From Chiloscyllium plagiosum (Eukaryota): 45,667 bases of DNA. The position numbers and the translations under genes are program-made. Below the pieces are notes generated by a model that was not told the DNA's origin, searched no databases, and was given only the letters and a program-made list of their open reading frames with translations. This document shows, piece after piece, positions 34,084 to 45,667 of the stretch. Each line of letters starts with the position of its first letter. Positions within the stretch are counted from its first letter, which is position 1. Location of the stretch: the NCBI RefSeq assembly GCF_004010195.1, contig NC_057750.1:13677516-13723182 (forward strand). Reading direction: 5' to 3'.

Positions 34084-35306
34084 TGTTATGATTTTGGGAC
34101 AGTGCCTATTTAGCAGTCAAATAATCAACAGAGAAAAGATTTAGCCTGTGCAGTAATCTGTAAAATTTGGAGAGGCCAAGAACTATTTAAAGTAAAAATA
34201 AACAACTTTATTTCTTAAAGTATAACAGAGAATAATTAGAGTCATAGAGTCAAAGAGATGTGCAGCATGGAAACAGACCCTTCAGTCCAACCCGTCCATG
34301 CCGACCAGATATCCCAACCCAATCTAGTCCCACCTGCCAGCACTTGGCCCTCCAAACCCTTCAAATACTTTGTCTATTTTTCCTATCCATGCCCTTCATA
34401 ATTTTATAAACCTCTGTAAGGTCACCCCTCAGCCTCCGACGCTCCTGGGAAAACTGCCCCAGTCTATTCAGCCTCCCAATATCTCAAATCCTCCTACCCT
34501 GTCAACATCCTTATAAATCTTTTCTGAACCCTTTCAAGTTTCACAACATCTTTCTGATAGGAAGGAGACCAGAATTGCATGCAATATTCCAACAGTGGCC
34601 TAACCAATGTCCAGTACAGCTGCAACATGACCTCCCAACTCCTGTACTCAATACTCTGACTAATAAGGAAAGCATACCAAACGCCTTCTTCACTATCCTA
34701 TCTACCTGCGACTCCACTTTCAAGGAGCTAACTAACCACTATTAAGCACAAATTAACTCACTACGATTTACAACTCCTTCCTCTAACCTATCTGTTACCT
34801 TCCCTTTTATAATACTCGTCTGATAAAACTCCCAGTTAAGATTTACAAAACCACCCTTCTTATCTCAAAACCAGGGAGCTTTCGTGTTTCTATTCAGATC
34901 TTCCTGTGTCTTCTTTTCTTCTTCTTAGGAATTTCTGCGTCACCAATTACTGATTGAAAAGATAGCTTTTAAGAGCGCTATTTTCAGGCAGTCTGTTTAC
35001 ATGCTGGGGTTGGCAGTTCTCCTCTCAACTGTTCAATTTTCCCCGGTCTTATAGCCCCAAAACATCAGATTGTGTCATTGGCTTTTAAGATTGTCAATAT
35101 ACTCAATTCAAACAGGATTTGAGTTTGATTTTTTTCTCTGGGTATAATTTAAACTGATTGGCCGAATTCAAATTTGTGTTTTTGTCTCATAGCAACTCAG
35201 CGAGTGCTGTTTGCTCTGAATCAAATGTTACTTTGTAAGTTCTCCAGCACTTGGTATACTTGCCAAGTCCTTCACTCTCTAAAGGTACACCCACATCTTC
35301 ATAACA
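34084..35306. mobile_element. Solo LTR (different family) interrupted by CR1 fragments 34238-34729 (-)
   Basis: Termini TGTTATGA ... TCATAACA (8-bp inverted ends); no matching TSD. Confidence 0.6.
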
Positions 35307-35557
35307 GTGGCCACCTTGTGCTCCATCTCCAAGGATAACTGTGGAAGAGGGGAGCTATGACCCCTCCCTCCAAGGTCCATTGCCCGGACTAGTCGATGGC
35401 CCCATTCCTAGGCCGGGGCAGGCCCCTGAGGTGGACATTGACATTGTGCACATACACACTGACACTGGCGGACAATCTTTCCACAATGGAACCTTCCAGT
35501 TCATTCCGCCATTGTCATAATGGCTACCCTGCAGCTCAACGCGGTGCCCTCATTGCA

Positions 35558-37170
35558 TTCCAAGATGGCGGCGGAGTATGGCGCTTCAGCCAGAGCTCAT
35601 CTGCTCCATCCGTCTCTTTCCTTTTTTTTAATCATAGAATCCCGACAGTGTGTATAATTTTTTCTCGTTATCTTTCTCTTCTTTCTTCTCAGCAAGGTGC
35701 TGAACAAATGGCCTCAGCGTGGGTTTGGGCTCTCGGCCTCAGCGCTGACACGGTGTGGCGTCCTCTTGGCCCAGGGTGCTGCTCTCCTGGCCTGGCCTGG
35801 AGGTCTCCCAGCCCAGCGAGGCCTCAGCATGGCTTTCAGGCCTCATGGTGATTGAAGGTCTAGCTCAGACAGGAGGCTAGGTGCTGCCATTGACTGGGTT
35901 AGACAGACTGTTATTGTGAATGCCATATTTCTTTTAAGTTTCCATATTTTTTCCAAAGGATTTGTACTGAAGAAACTGTACCCAGGCACCTTTGTACCTA
36001 AGATGGTGCCATAAGTGGTGATTGTAAACTTTTCACTGGATTCACAGAGTCATAGAGTATTAGAGATGCACAGCATGGAAACAGACCCTTCAGTCCAACT
36101 CATCCATCCCAACCCAATCTAGTCCCACCTGCCAGCACACGGTCCAAATTCCTCCAAACCCATCCAGATGCCTTTTAAATGTTGTAATTGTACTAGCCTC
36201 CACCACATCCTCTGGCAGCTCATTCCATACACGTACCACCCTCTGCATGGAAAAGTTACCTCCTCGGTCTCTTTTATATCTTTCCCCTCTCACCCTAAAC
36301 CTATGCCCTCTAGTTCTGGACTCCCCCACCCCAGGGAAAATACCTTGTGTATTTATCCTATCCATGCCCCTCATGATTTTATAAACCTCGATAAGGTCAC
36401 CCCTCAGCCTCTGACGCTCCAGGGAAAATAGCCCCNNNNNNNNNNNNNNNNNNNNNNNNNNNNNNNNNNNNNNNNNNNNNCTGTACTCAATACTCTGACC
36501 AATAAAGGAAAGCATACCAAACGCCTTCTTCACTATCCTATCTACCTGCGACTCCACTTTCAAGGAGCTATGAACCTGCACTCCAGGGTCTCTTTGTTCA
36601 GCAACACTCCAGAGGACCTTACCATTAAGTGTATAAGTCCTGCTAAGGTTTGCTTTCCCAAAATGCTGCAGTTCGCATTTATCTGAATTAAGCTCCATCT
36701 GCCACTTCTCAGCCCATTGGCCCATCTGGTCAAGATCCTGTTGTAATCTGAGGTAACCCTCTTTGCTGTCCACTACACCTTCAATTTTGGTATCATCTGC
36801 AAACTTACTAACTGTACCTCTTATGCTCACATCAAAATCATTTATAAGTAGTGGACGCAGCACCAATCCTTGTGGCACTCCACTGGTCACAGGCCTCCAG
36901 TCTGAAAAACAACCCTCCACCACCACCCTCTGTCTTCTACCTTTGAGCCAGTTCTGTATCCAAATGGCTAGTTCTCCCTGTATTCCATGTGATCTAACCT
37001 TGCTAACCAGTCTCCCATGGGGAACCTTGTCGTACGCTTTACTGTAAGCAAAGTAGATCATGTCCACTGCTCTGACCTCAACAATCCCCTGTGTTATTTC
37101 TTCAAAACACTCAATCAAGTTTGTGAGATATGATTTTCATGTGAGTACATGTGACAATAAAGCTCATTCA
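35558..37170 (+). mobile_element. Non-autonomous retroposon with a YY1-type 5' end and a Rex1/Babar-like tail, split by a CR1 insertion
   Basis: Starts CCAAGATGGCGGCGG; tail TGTAAACTTTTCACTG (~36023) resumes as GAGTACATGTGACAATAAAGCTCATTC (~37143). Confidence 0.5.
36045..37135 (-). mobile_element. CR1/HER1 LINE ORF2 RT domain to 3' end (5'-truncated, decayed; contains gap 36436-36480)
   Basis: SKAYDKVPH, SGVPQG, SKFADDTK, LQQDLD, WQMELNSDKC and WNELP motifs. Confidence 0.95.
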
Positions 37171-37426
37171 TTTCAACCTGGGTTTTATTTTAGCCAGCAT
37201 ACAAGACTCCAAACTTATTAAACACCTGAAAAGAGCCCAGAAAATATTGAGTGATTGGGCTATTAACCAGTTTAACCAATTGTCATTCTGTTTATTTATA
37301 AACAGCACCTAGGAGAGGTGGTTCCAGCAGGTCGCCTCGTGTGTGTTCCTGATCCCGTGTCTCAGCGATATCACAGAGTGGCACGGCCCTTCCTCCTGTG
37401 CTGACACATTGTGCCACAGTGGTCCT

Positions 37427-38032
37427 TGTTGCTGGGTGACTTTAATCAGGGTAGTCTCTGTTGCTAGAGGAGAAAGTGAGGTCTGCAGATGCTGGAGATC
37501 AGAGCTGGAAATGTGTTGCTGGAAAAGCGCAGCAGGTCAGGCAGCATCCAGGGAACAGGAGAATCGACGTTAGAAGGGCTTATGCCCGAAACGTCGATTC
37601 TCCTGTTCCCTGGATGCTGCCTGACCTGCTGCGCTTTTCCAGCAACACATTTCTAGTCTCTGTTGCTAGGTTACTGTAACCAGGGTAGGCTCTATTGCTG
37701 GGTCTCTGTAACCAGGGTAGTCCCTGTTGCTGGGTGACTGTAACCAGGGTAGTCCCTGTTGCTAGGTTACTGTAACCAGGGTAGTCCTGTTGCTGGGTGA
37801 CTGTAACCAGGGTAGTCCCTGTTGCTAAGTTACTGTAACCAGGGTAGTCCTGTTGCTAGGTTACTGTACCAGGATAGTCCGTGTTGCTGGGTCACTGTAA
37901 CCAGGGTAGTCCCTATTGCTAGGTTACTGTAACCAGGGTAGTCCCTGTTGCTGGGTGACTGTAACCAGGGTAGTTCTGTTGCTAGGTTACTGTACCAGAG
38001 TAGTCCATGTTGCTGGGTCACTGTAACCAGGG
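37427..38032 (+). repeat. 31-32 bp minisatellite (TGTTGCT(A/G)GGT(T/G)ACTGTAACCAGGGTAGTCCC) x ~13
   Basis: Tandem units largely alternating AGGTTAC and GGGTGAC variants; interrupted by a PLE insert. Confidence 0.95.
37468..37653. mobile_element. Young inverted PLE terminal-repeat pair
   Basis: ~64-bp essentially perfect inverted arms; flanked by TAGTCTCTGTTGCTAG at 37452-37467 and 37654-37669. Confidence 0.88.
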
Positions 38033-38239
38033 TTCCGCCATAGCTTTAACGCACGGCACTAACCAACTAGGGTATGGTGAATGTTTTTTGTTTATTTTTG
38101 CTCTCTGTTGTTGTGTTTTCTGCTGAAGAGCTGATCTGTCGAGAGGGGAGGCTCAAGAATCTACACAAGGCCAACAAACTGAGACGTGGCAGGGCGAGGG
38201 CAGTGAGGTGGAGATTGAGGGGACATCAAGCATTAAACA

Positions 38240-39390
38240 ATAACTGGGTGCTGGTTAATGACGGTGAATAGGCACCAGGTTAATGACTGTGAGGGTAACC
38301 AGGTTAACGACAGTATCAGACACTGGGTTAATGACAGTGACCAGGCACCAAGTTAGTGACAGTGACTAGGTTAATGACAGTGAACCTGGAACCAGATTAG
38401 TGACAGTGACCTGGTTAGTTATGGTGACTAGCCGCTGGGTTAATAATTATGAGGGTGACCAGATTAATGACAATGATCAATCACTGCATTAGTGAGTGAC
38501 CAGGTTAATGACAGTGACCAGGCACTGGGTTAATGACTGTGAGGGTTTCCAGGTTAATGACAGTGATCAGACACAGGTTAGTGACAGTGACTAGGTTGAT
38601 GACAATGATCAGATACCAGGTTAGTGACAGGGACCAGGTTAATGATGGTGACCAGGCACTGGGTTAGTGACAGTGACCAGGTTAGTTATTGTGACCAGAT
38701 GCTGGGTTAATAATTGTGAGGGTGACCAGATTAATGGCAATGATCAGTCACTGCATTAGGGGCAGTGACCAGGCACTGGGTTAATGATTGTATTTTAGAT
38801 TAGATTACAGTGCGGAAACAGGCCCTTCGGCCCAACAAGTCCACACCGACCCTCCGAAGAGCAACCCACCCAGACCCATTCCCCTACCTTTACCCCTTTA
38901 CCTAAACACAATGGTCAATTTAGCATGGTCAGTTCACCTGACCTGCACATTTTTGGACTGTGGGAGGAAACCGGAGCACCCGGAGGAAACCCACGCAGAC
39001 ACGGGGAGAATGTGCAAACTCCACACAGTCAGTCGCCTGTGGTGGGAATTGAACCCGGGTCTCTGGCGCTGTGAGGCAGCAGTGCTAACCACTGTGCCAC
39101 CGTGCCGCCCATTGTGAGGGTTTCCAGGTTAATGACAGTGATCAGACACAGGTTAGTGACGGGGACCAGGTTAATGACGGTGACCAGGTGACAGGTTAGT
39201 GACATTGACCAGGTTAATGATGGTGACCAGGCACTGGGTTAGTGAAATAACCAGGTTAACAATAGTAACCAGTTGCTGGGTTAGTGACAGTGATTGGGTC
39301 AGTGGGAGTAAACAGATTAATCTGGTTGACCAGACACTTGGTTAATGATGGAATGATGATCAAAGTGAATGGGTCAATGACAGTCACCAG
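38240..39390 (+). repeat. Degenerate minisatellite (CCAGGTTAATGACAGTGA core) with a ~250-bp higher-order period
   Basis: Blocks start at ~38271, 38521 and 38772; HE1 SINE 38792-39110 (-) is inserted with an ATTGT duplication. Confidence 0.88.
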
Positions 39391-40024
39391 GCCCCAAGTT
39401 AATTGGAGGCCTCACTCCCCAGGCGTTGTGGTGCTGTTTTCCCCTCACAGTCCTGTCCCAGAGTGAAGTGATGGAGAGTCCTGCTGGGTTTTTTTTTGAA
39501 GTTGTTAATGGAAGAAATTACTTTGTCAGCAGGGGGCAGTCATGCTCCACTTCCCCCTCAGTGACCAGGGCAATATGTTAGTAGACACAATGGTGGGACT
39601 GCAACCTGGATTAGACAATCTTGTATCCACTCCCCCGGCCTCCATTTGAGTCACAGAGTGAACTTAACACACTCCCGCAATTTACTATTCCTTCTTTCGT
39701 TTCTGGAATAAACAAATTGTACAAAATCATTCGGGTAAAGAGATGAAAAATAAATAAAGTGTTCGCTAAAACAGTTCCATCCATCAACAGGACAAGAATA
39801 TAAAATAAAATGTATATTTTTCAGCAACCCCAAGATGCACAGAGGTTGTGGTTTCTGTTGTCAAGTTGATAAAGGCAGGGTAAGGTCATAGATGGGATAC
39901 TGTTTGAAATCAATGTGATCTAATTCGAGTGTTAACCCTTCACGAGGTTGGATGAACCTCAGTGGAATTCGTGTCTTTATTGGATGCAGGATAGAATGCC
40001 AGGAGGCATTTCTGGTGCTGACGT

Positions 40025-41140
40025 GCATTATGGACTAGACCAAACCCCTTCAAAACATTAGATACCCTAACTTTTATCCTATTTAAAGGCATGTTTTTCA
40101 GATGCAATTCGGTTGGCCAAACGACTCAGCTTTAAGCAAAACTTTATGCTAAAGCCACAGTTAAACACAAACAAAAAAAAAAGAACTGGCATAAGTTGAA
40201 GTCTATTGAGATACTTAACAAAATGATATTTTTTTTTTCGCTACAACTCATCAATAGTTCCAACATAGCAGCATCCCATAAACACACCCTTGGCAAAGGC
40301 AAATTCAGCAAAGCAGATATTCCCCCACTGGTGACCTCCTGCAGTCCAGGAGAAGGGACACCGAGAGAATGAAACTAGAAGCAGAGAGAGAGAGAGAGAG
40401 TGAGAGAGAGAGGCAGAGAGAGAGAGAGTCAGAAAGAGAGAGAGAGACAGAGAGAGAGAGACAGAGAGAGGCAGAGAGAGAGACAGAGAGAGAGACGGAG
40501 AGAGAGGGGCAGTGAGAGAGAGGCAGAGAGAGAGAGTGAGAGAGAGGCAGAGAGAGAGATTGAGAGAGAGGCAGAGAGAGAGAGACAGAGAGGGAGAGAG
40601 AGAGGCAGAGAGAGCGTGANNNNNNNNNNNNNNNNNNNNNNNNNNNNNNNNNNNNNNNNNNNNNNNNNNNNNNNNNNNNNNNNNNNNNNNNNNNNNNNNN
40701 NNNNNNNNNNNNNNNNNNNNNNNNNNNNNNNNNNNNNNNNNNNNNNNNNNNNNNNNNNNNNNNNNNNNNNNNNNNNNNNNNNNNNNNNNNNNNNNNNNNN
40801 NNNNNNNNNNNNNNNNNNNTAAACGACAAAGTAACATCATTTATTGTAAAGGTAAAGTCATCACAATCTTACCAGACCATTGGGTGGCTGTCCCATTAGA
40901 GAGAGAGACAGAGAGAGAGAGAGATATCTAGTGGCTTCAATTCCAACTTCAATAACTGAAAGCAAAACCTAAAACCCTGGGTCTGTGTGGGCCCGACTGC
41001 ACCTACTCATGCTTCTTTTTGTCTAACTTTAAAACTATCTCAAAGCTATTTACTCTGTTTCCCGTGGAGCTGACATCTCAGCACCAGGTTTTGAAGAGAA
41101 ACAGGACGGCACAAACCCCTCTTCAAGACACATTTTGTCA
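40025..41140 (-). mobile_element. Solo LTR related to 11169-12108, with an expanded (GA)n tract and gap 40620-40819
   Basis: TTATGGACTAGACCAAACCCC..CCCTAACTT at the left, CCCATAAACACACCCTTGGCAAAGGCAAATTCAG internally, TTTGTCACA at the right. Confidence 0.6.
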
Positions 41141-41328
41141 CATGTGGCAGGCTGGCTGACTGATTTTTTTTCCTCTTCCAAGATGTGAGGATTTTCTTTT
41201 CACGTTCATTGATGGAGGTGAAGGATCCCTTGTACAGTAAAGTAGATTCCTCTGTCCGGTTTCCGCACTTAACCTGTTCACAGCCACACTGCTTTGCAAA
41301 CCTAGCAATTCCAGCATGACCATCAGGT

Positions 41329-41940
41329 GGGCGGCACGGTGGCACAGTGGTTAGCACTGCTGCCTCACAGCGCTAGAGACCCGGGTTCAATTCCCGACTC
41401 AGGCGACTGACTGTGTGTGTGCAGGTCAGGTGAATTGGCCATGTTAAATTGTCCGTAGTGTTAGGTAAGGGGTAAATGTAGGGGTATGGGTGGGTTGCGC
41501 TTCGGCGGGTCGGTGTGGACTTGTTGGGCTGAAGGGCCTGTTTCCACACTGTAAGTAATCTAATCAGGTCCCAGAACCTGTGAATTTGGAACAGGAGTAA
41601 GCCATTTGGCTCCTCTGGCCTGCCCTGCCCATTCGGCAACATCACAGTCGATCTGATTATTCCACGCGGTGGTTCAGTGGTTAGCACTGCTGCCTCACGG
41701 TGCCAGGGACCCGGCCTCGGGGTGACTGTCTGTGTGGAGTTTGCACTTTCTCCCCGTGTCTGCGTGGGTTTCCTCCGGGTGCTCCGGTTTCCTCCCACAG
41801 TCCAAAGGTGGGAAGGTTAGGGTGAATTGGCCAGGGGAAATGCAGGGTTACAGAGATAGAGTGGGTCTGGGTGGGATGCTCTTCAGAGGGTCTGTGTGGA
41901 CTTGTTAGGCCGAATGGCCTGCTTCCACACTGTAGAGGTG
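41329..41940 (+). mobile_element. Two HE1 SINEs (41329-41563 with an internal V-domain deletion; 41665-41940)
   Basis: Heads and tails present; the first copy joins CTGTGTG directly to TGTGCAGG. Confidence 0.88.
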
Positions 41941-42587
41941 CCAAGACTCTAATGTCTTGCACATGTCAGACAACTTGGAGGAATTCCCCATTTAATATTC
42001 TAGATTGGAAGTATTATTTCTCAATTACCAGCAGCGATCTGCATGGGACCAACTGTGAGCTGTCCAAACAACATTTCATTGTTCAATCATTGATGACGCA
42101 AATTGACTCATTTCCCAATGCCGCAGTTCGTAAGCTGTTATCCTGAAACTTTCTGTATGGACATCCACACGTCTGTGAAGTACTTTGTGATCGACAGCGA
42201 AACTCAAACACTGCAACAAACAAACACTGACCTTTCTAATGGCAATAATTACATCGTAAAATCCTTCAGACTGCCTCGTGAAACTGTTTTGAGGTTCCGT
42301 GGTCAGTAAATTAGTATAAATGTTGCCTTCGTTTGTCAGAGCGTTAGCTGCTGAGGAGAATGTATAATTGGAGCAGAGGGAAGTCATTTGTTCCTTCCCG
42401 GCTGGAATGAGCTGCCTTCCTTGAACCGCCGCAGTCCATGTGCTGTAGGTAAACCCACAATGCCCTGAGGGTGGGAATTCCAGGACTTTGACCCAGCGAC
42501 ACTGAAGAAATGCTGATATATTTCCAAGTCGGGATGGTGAATTGCTTGGAGGGGAACTTGCAGGGGGTGGTGTTCCCATGTATTTTG

Positions 42588-42910
42588 TAGAATCTTACAG
42601 CGTGGAAGCAGGCCATTCTACCCTTCGAGTCCACACCGACCCTCTGAAGGGTATCCCACCCAGATCCGTCCCCCATCCTATCCCTGTAGCCCTGTATTTC
42701 CCATGGCCAATCCACCTAATCTGAATATCACAGGACACCATGGATGATCCGCCTAACCCTCACATCCTTGGACTGTGGGAGGAAACTGGAGAACCCGGAG
42801 GAAACCCACACAGATACGGGCAAACTCCACACAGCCGTTTGCCCCAAGGCTGGAATCGAACCCGGGTCCTTGGCGCTGTGAGGCAGCAGTGCTAACCACC
42901 GTGCCGCCCC
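42588..42910 (-). mobile_element. HE1-type V-SINE
   Basis: Head, partial V-domain and tail. Confidence 0.85.
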
Positions 42911-43649
42911 CTTGCTGCCCTGGTCCTTCTGGATGGGCGTGGTCCTGGGTTTGGATTGTGCTGGCTGCCGATCCTTGGTGAATTTGTGCAGTGCGTCTCA
43001 GACAATACAGCTGCCACTGAGCGGATCGACCCTCTCACAATATTGCATGGACCGTGGAGGCCAGGTCATTGACTGTTTTTAAGACAGGAATAGAGATCCT
43101 GATTAATAAAGGGTCATGGGCAGAATGGAGTTGAGAACCATTTAGGCTGACTGGCCTAAATCTGCTGCTTTACCTTACAATCTTACAGTGCGAGAAATTG
43201 CTGATTTGAACTTTTCAGAGATTGCTTTGATGTTTGAGAAGATTGGTTGATGATAAGTGTAACTTAGCTCGCTGAGCTGGAAGGCTTGTCTTCAGATGTT
43301 TCTTCACCATGACTGGGTGACGTCCTCCATGAGAGTCTCCGGTGAAGTGCTGGTGGTATGTCCTGCATCTCTATTGTCTAGGACCTCTTGGAACCTTACA
43401 GGTCATAGCTTCATCCCCTCTTCCTCGAATGTCCTGCAGCACCTTCAAGTCCAGACAAATGATGAGTATCTCGAGCTGGCATTGAGCCTCAGTAGGGCAG
43501 TGTTGCAGACCGGGGGGCAGAGAGGTCAGAGTGGGGGAGGGGGAGATTGGTGGGCGGGGAGACAAAATTGATGACAATGACCAGGGTCATGTTGTGACCT
43601 GGCTGGTTGCACAAAGCTGCCGTCTCAGTTCCTGTTTCATCCCGTTATA

Positions 43650-44555
43650 TTACAGTCAGAAGATATTATTAAATTGGACAGCGTTCAGAAATGATTTACC
43701 AAGATGTTACCAGGATTAGAGGATTGAGTTATAAGGTGAGGCTGGATGGGCTGGGGTTATTTTCACTGGAACGTAGGAAGCTGCGGGGTGACGTTTATAA
43801 AATCTTGGATAAGGTGAATAGTCAAGGTCTCTTTTCCCAGTTTCAAAACCAAGGGCATAAAATCTCTACAATGTGGAAGCAGGCCATTCAGCCCATCGGG
43901 TTCACACTAATCCTGCAAAGACTATCATACTCAGACCCAATGCATCCCTGTAATCCTGCATTCCCCACAGCTAATCTCCCTAACCTGTACATCCCTGGAC
44001 ACTATAAGATAATTTAACATGATCAATCCACCCTAACCTGCACATCCTTGGACACTATGAGGCAATTTAGCATGGCCAATCCACCTGACCTGCACATCTT
44101 TGGACTGTGGGAGGAAACCGGAGCACCCGGAGGAAACCCACGCAGACACGGGGAGAATGTGCAAATTCCACACAGACAGTCGCCCGAGGCTGGAATCAGA
44201 CCTGGGTCCCTGGGAGCAGTGAGGGGGAGGGAGGCAGCAGTGCTAACCAGTGTGCCACCGTGCCACCCATAGATAGGTTTAAGGCGAGGTGGGAAATGCT
44301 TAAAATGGACCCCAGGAGCAACGTTTTACACAGAGGGTGGCTGACATATGGAACGAGCTGCCAAAGGAAGTGGTAGATGCAGTTATAGTGACAACATTTA
44401 AGACATTTAGACAGGTACATGAGTAGGAAAGGTTTAGAGGGAAATGGGCTAAAAGCAGGTAAATGGGACTAATTTAGTTTGGGAACTTGGTTGGCAGGGA
44501 CAAGTTAGAATGAAGGGTCTGTTTCTGGGGCTGTCTGACTCTATGACTCCATGAT
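43650..44555 (+). mobile_element. CR1 LINE 3' end with a nested HE1 SINE (43862-44268, -)
   Basis: LSYKVRLDGLGLFSLERRKLRGD; the LINE resumes at ~44270 and ends CTCTATGACTCCATGA. Confidence 0.85.
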
Positions 44556-44557
44556 TC

Positions 44558-45667
44558 TGGATTAGAGTGGTGCTGGAAAAGCACAGCAGTTCAGGCAGCA
44601 TCCGAGGAGCAGGAAAATCGACGTTTCGGGCAAAAGCCCTTCATCAGGTATAGAGTCAGAGTGCTTGCAGGGTGGAGAGATAAATGAGAGGAGGGTGGCA
44701 GTGGGGAGAAAGTAGCAAAGAGTACAATGGGTGATTGGGGGTGGGGATGAATGTGATAGGTCAGAGAGGAGAGTGGAGTGAATAGGTAGAAAGGAAGATA
44801 GGCAGGTCAGACAGGTCATGGGAACAGTGCGGGCTGGAGGTTTGGAATTAGGGTGAGGTGGGGGAAGGGGAAATGAGGAAGCTGTTGAAGTCCACATTGA
44901 TGCCCTGGGGTTGAAATGTTCCAAGGCAGAAGATGAGGCATTCTTCCTCCAGGCGTCGGGTGGTGAGGGAGTGGCTGTGGAGAAGGACCAGGACCTGCAT
45001 GTCCTTGGTAGAGTGAGAGGAGGAGTTGAAATGTTGGGCCACAGGCCAGTCATCCGCCGACATTTCTGCCACCTCCAAACGGACCCCACCACCAGGGAAA
45101 TATTTCCCTCCTCACCTCTTTCCACTTTCTGCAAAGACCATTCCCTCTGTGACTACCTGACCTGGTCCACGCCCTCCCCAATAAACCACCCTCCCGTCCT
45201 GGCACCTTCCCCTGCCACCGCCAGAATTGCAAAACCTGCGCCCCCACCTCCTCCTTCACCTCCATCCAAGGCCCCAAAGGAGCCTTCCACATCCATCAAA
45301 ATTTCACCTGCACATCCACCAATATCATTTATTGTATCCGTTGCTCCTGATGCAGTCTCTTCTACATTGGGGAAATTGGATACCTTCTCGCAAAGCGCTT
45401 TAGGGAACATCTCCAGGACACCTGCACTAATCAACCCCACTTCTCTGTGGCCCAACATTTCAATTCCCCCTCTCACTTTGCCAAGGACATGCAAGTCCTG
45501 GTCCTTCTCCACCGCCGCTCCCTCACCACCCGAAGCCTGGAGGAAGAACGCCTCATCTTCCGCCTCAGAACACTTCAACCCCAGGGCATCAATGTGGCTT
45601 TCACCAATTTCCTCATTTCCCCTCCCCCCACCTTACCCCAGTTCCAACTTTCCAGCTCGCCCCCTCC
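44558..45667 (+). mobile_element. Neptune-type Penelope-like element: GIY-YIG endonuclease region (+, ~45048-45667) preceded by an inverted copy of its own 3' end (-, 44558-45047)
   Basis: From 45201: GTFPCHRQNCKTC...FTCTSTNIIYCIRCS*CSLFYIGEIG..LAKRFREHL..VAQHFNSPSH..LEEERLIFRLRTLQPQGINV, i.e. a Cys-rich linker plus GIY-YIG with an in-frame stop. Confidence 0.92.

Noticed and set aside
35560..35575. YY1 motif as a host gene promoter
   Set aside because: It sits at the 5' end of an apparent retroposon, with no extended CpG island or downstream exons
36090..37118. 342-aa RT ORF as an active LINE or host gene
   Set aside because: 5'-truncated, internal deletions and altered motifs, and it spans a gap

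Overview
Repeat-dense vertebrate genomic DNA, inferred to be from a shark because of abundant HE1-type V-SINEs, HER1/CR1 LINEs and DeuSINE remnants. It also holds Penelope-like elements (PLEs), solo LTRs, minisatellites and four assembly gaps. Nearly all ORFs in the supplied track are repeat-derived or spurious. The one host gene I can support is absent from the ORF track: the last two + strand exons of a Delta-like Notch ligand. Exon 1116-1191 encodes RVLQANLRSARARCYINASSFFATE and splices to an exon at 7000 that begins GTT TAA, giving the C-terminal PDZ motif ATEV; the paralogue is probably DeltaC/DLL3-type. Its last intron holds a decayed 28S rRNA fragment and a ~340-bp duplication flanking a PLE end. 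The 3' flank carries candidate enhancers (paired CGTGGGAA plus a TCF site; a GATA/ETS/FOX:ETS cluster), several minisatellites whose units are transcription-factor-site arrays (RFX X-box, nuclear-receptor DR1, TGGGAA, TAAT/TGACAG), and PLE terminal repeats with intact minimal hammerhead-ribozyme cores. Everything was read by eye with no database search, so repeat boundaries are approximate and all regulatory calls are inference.
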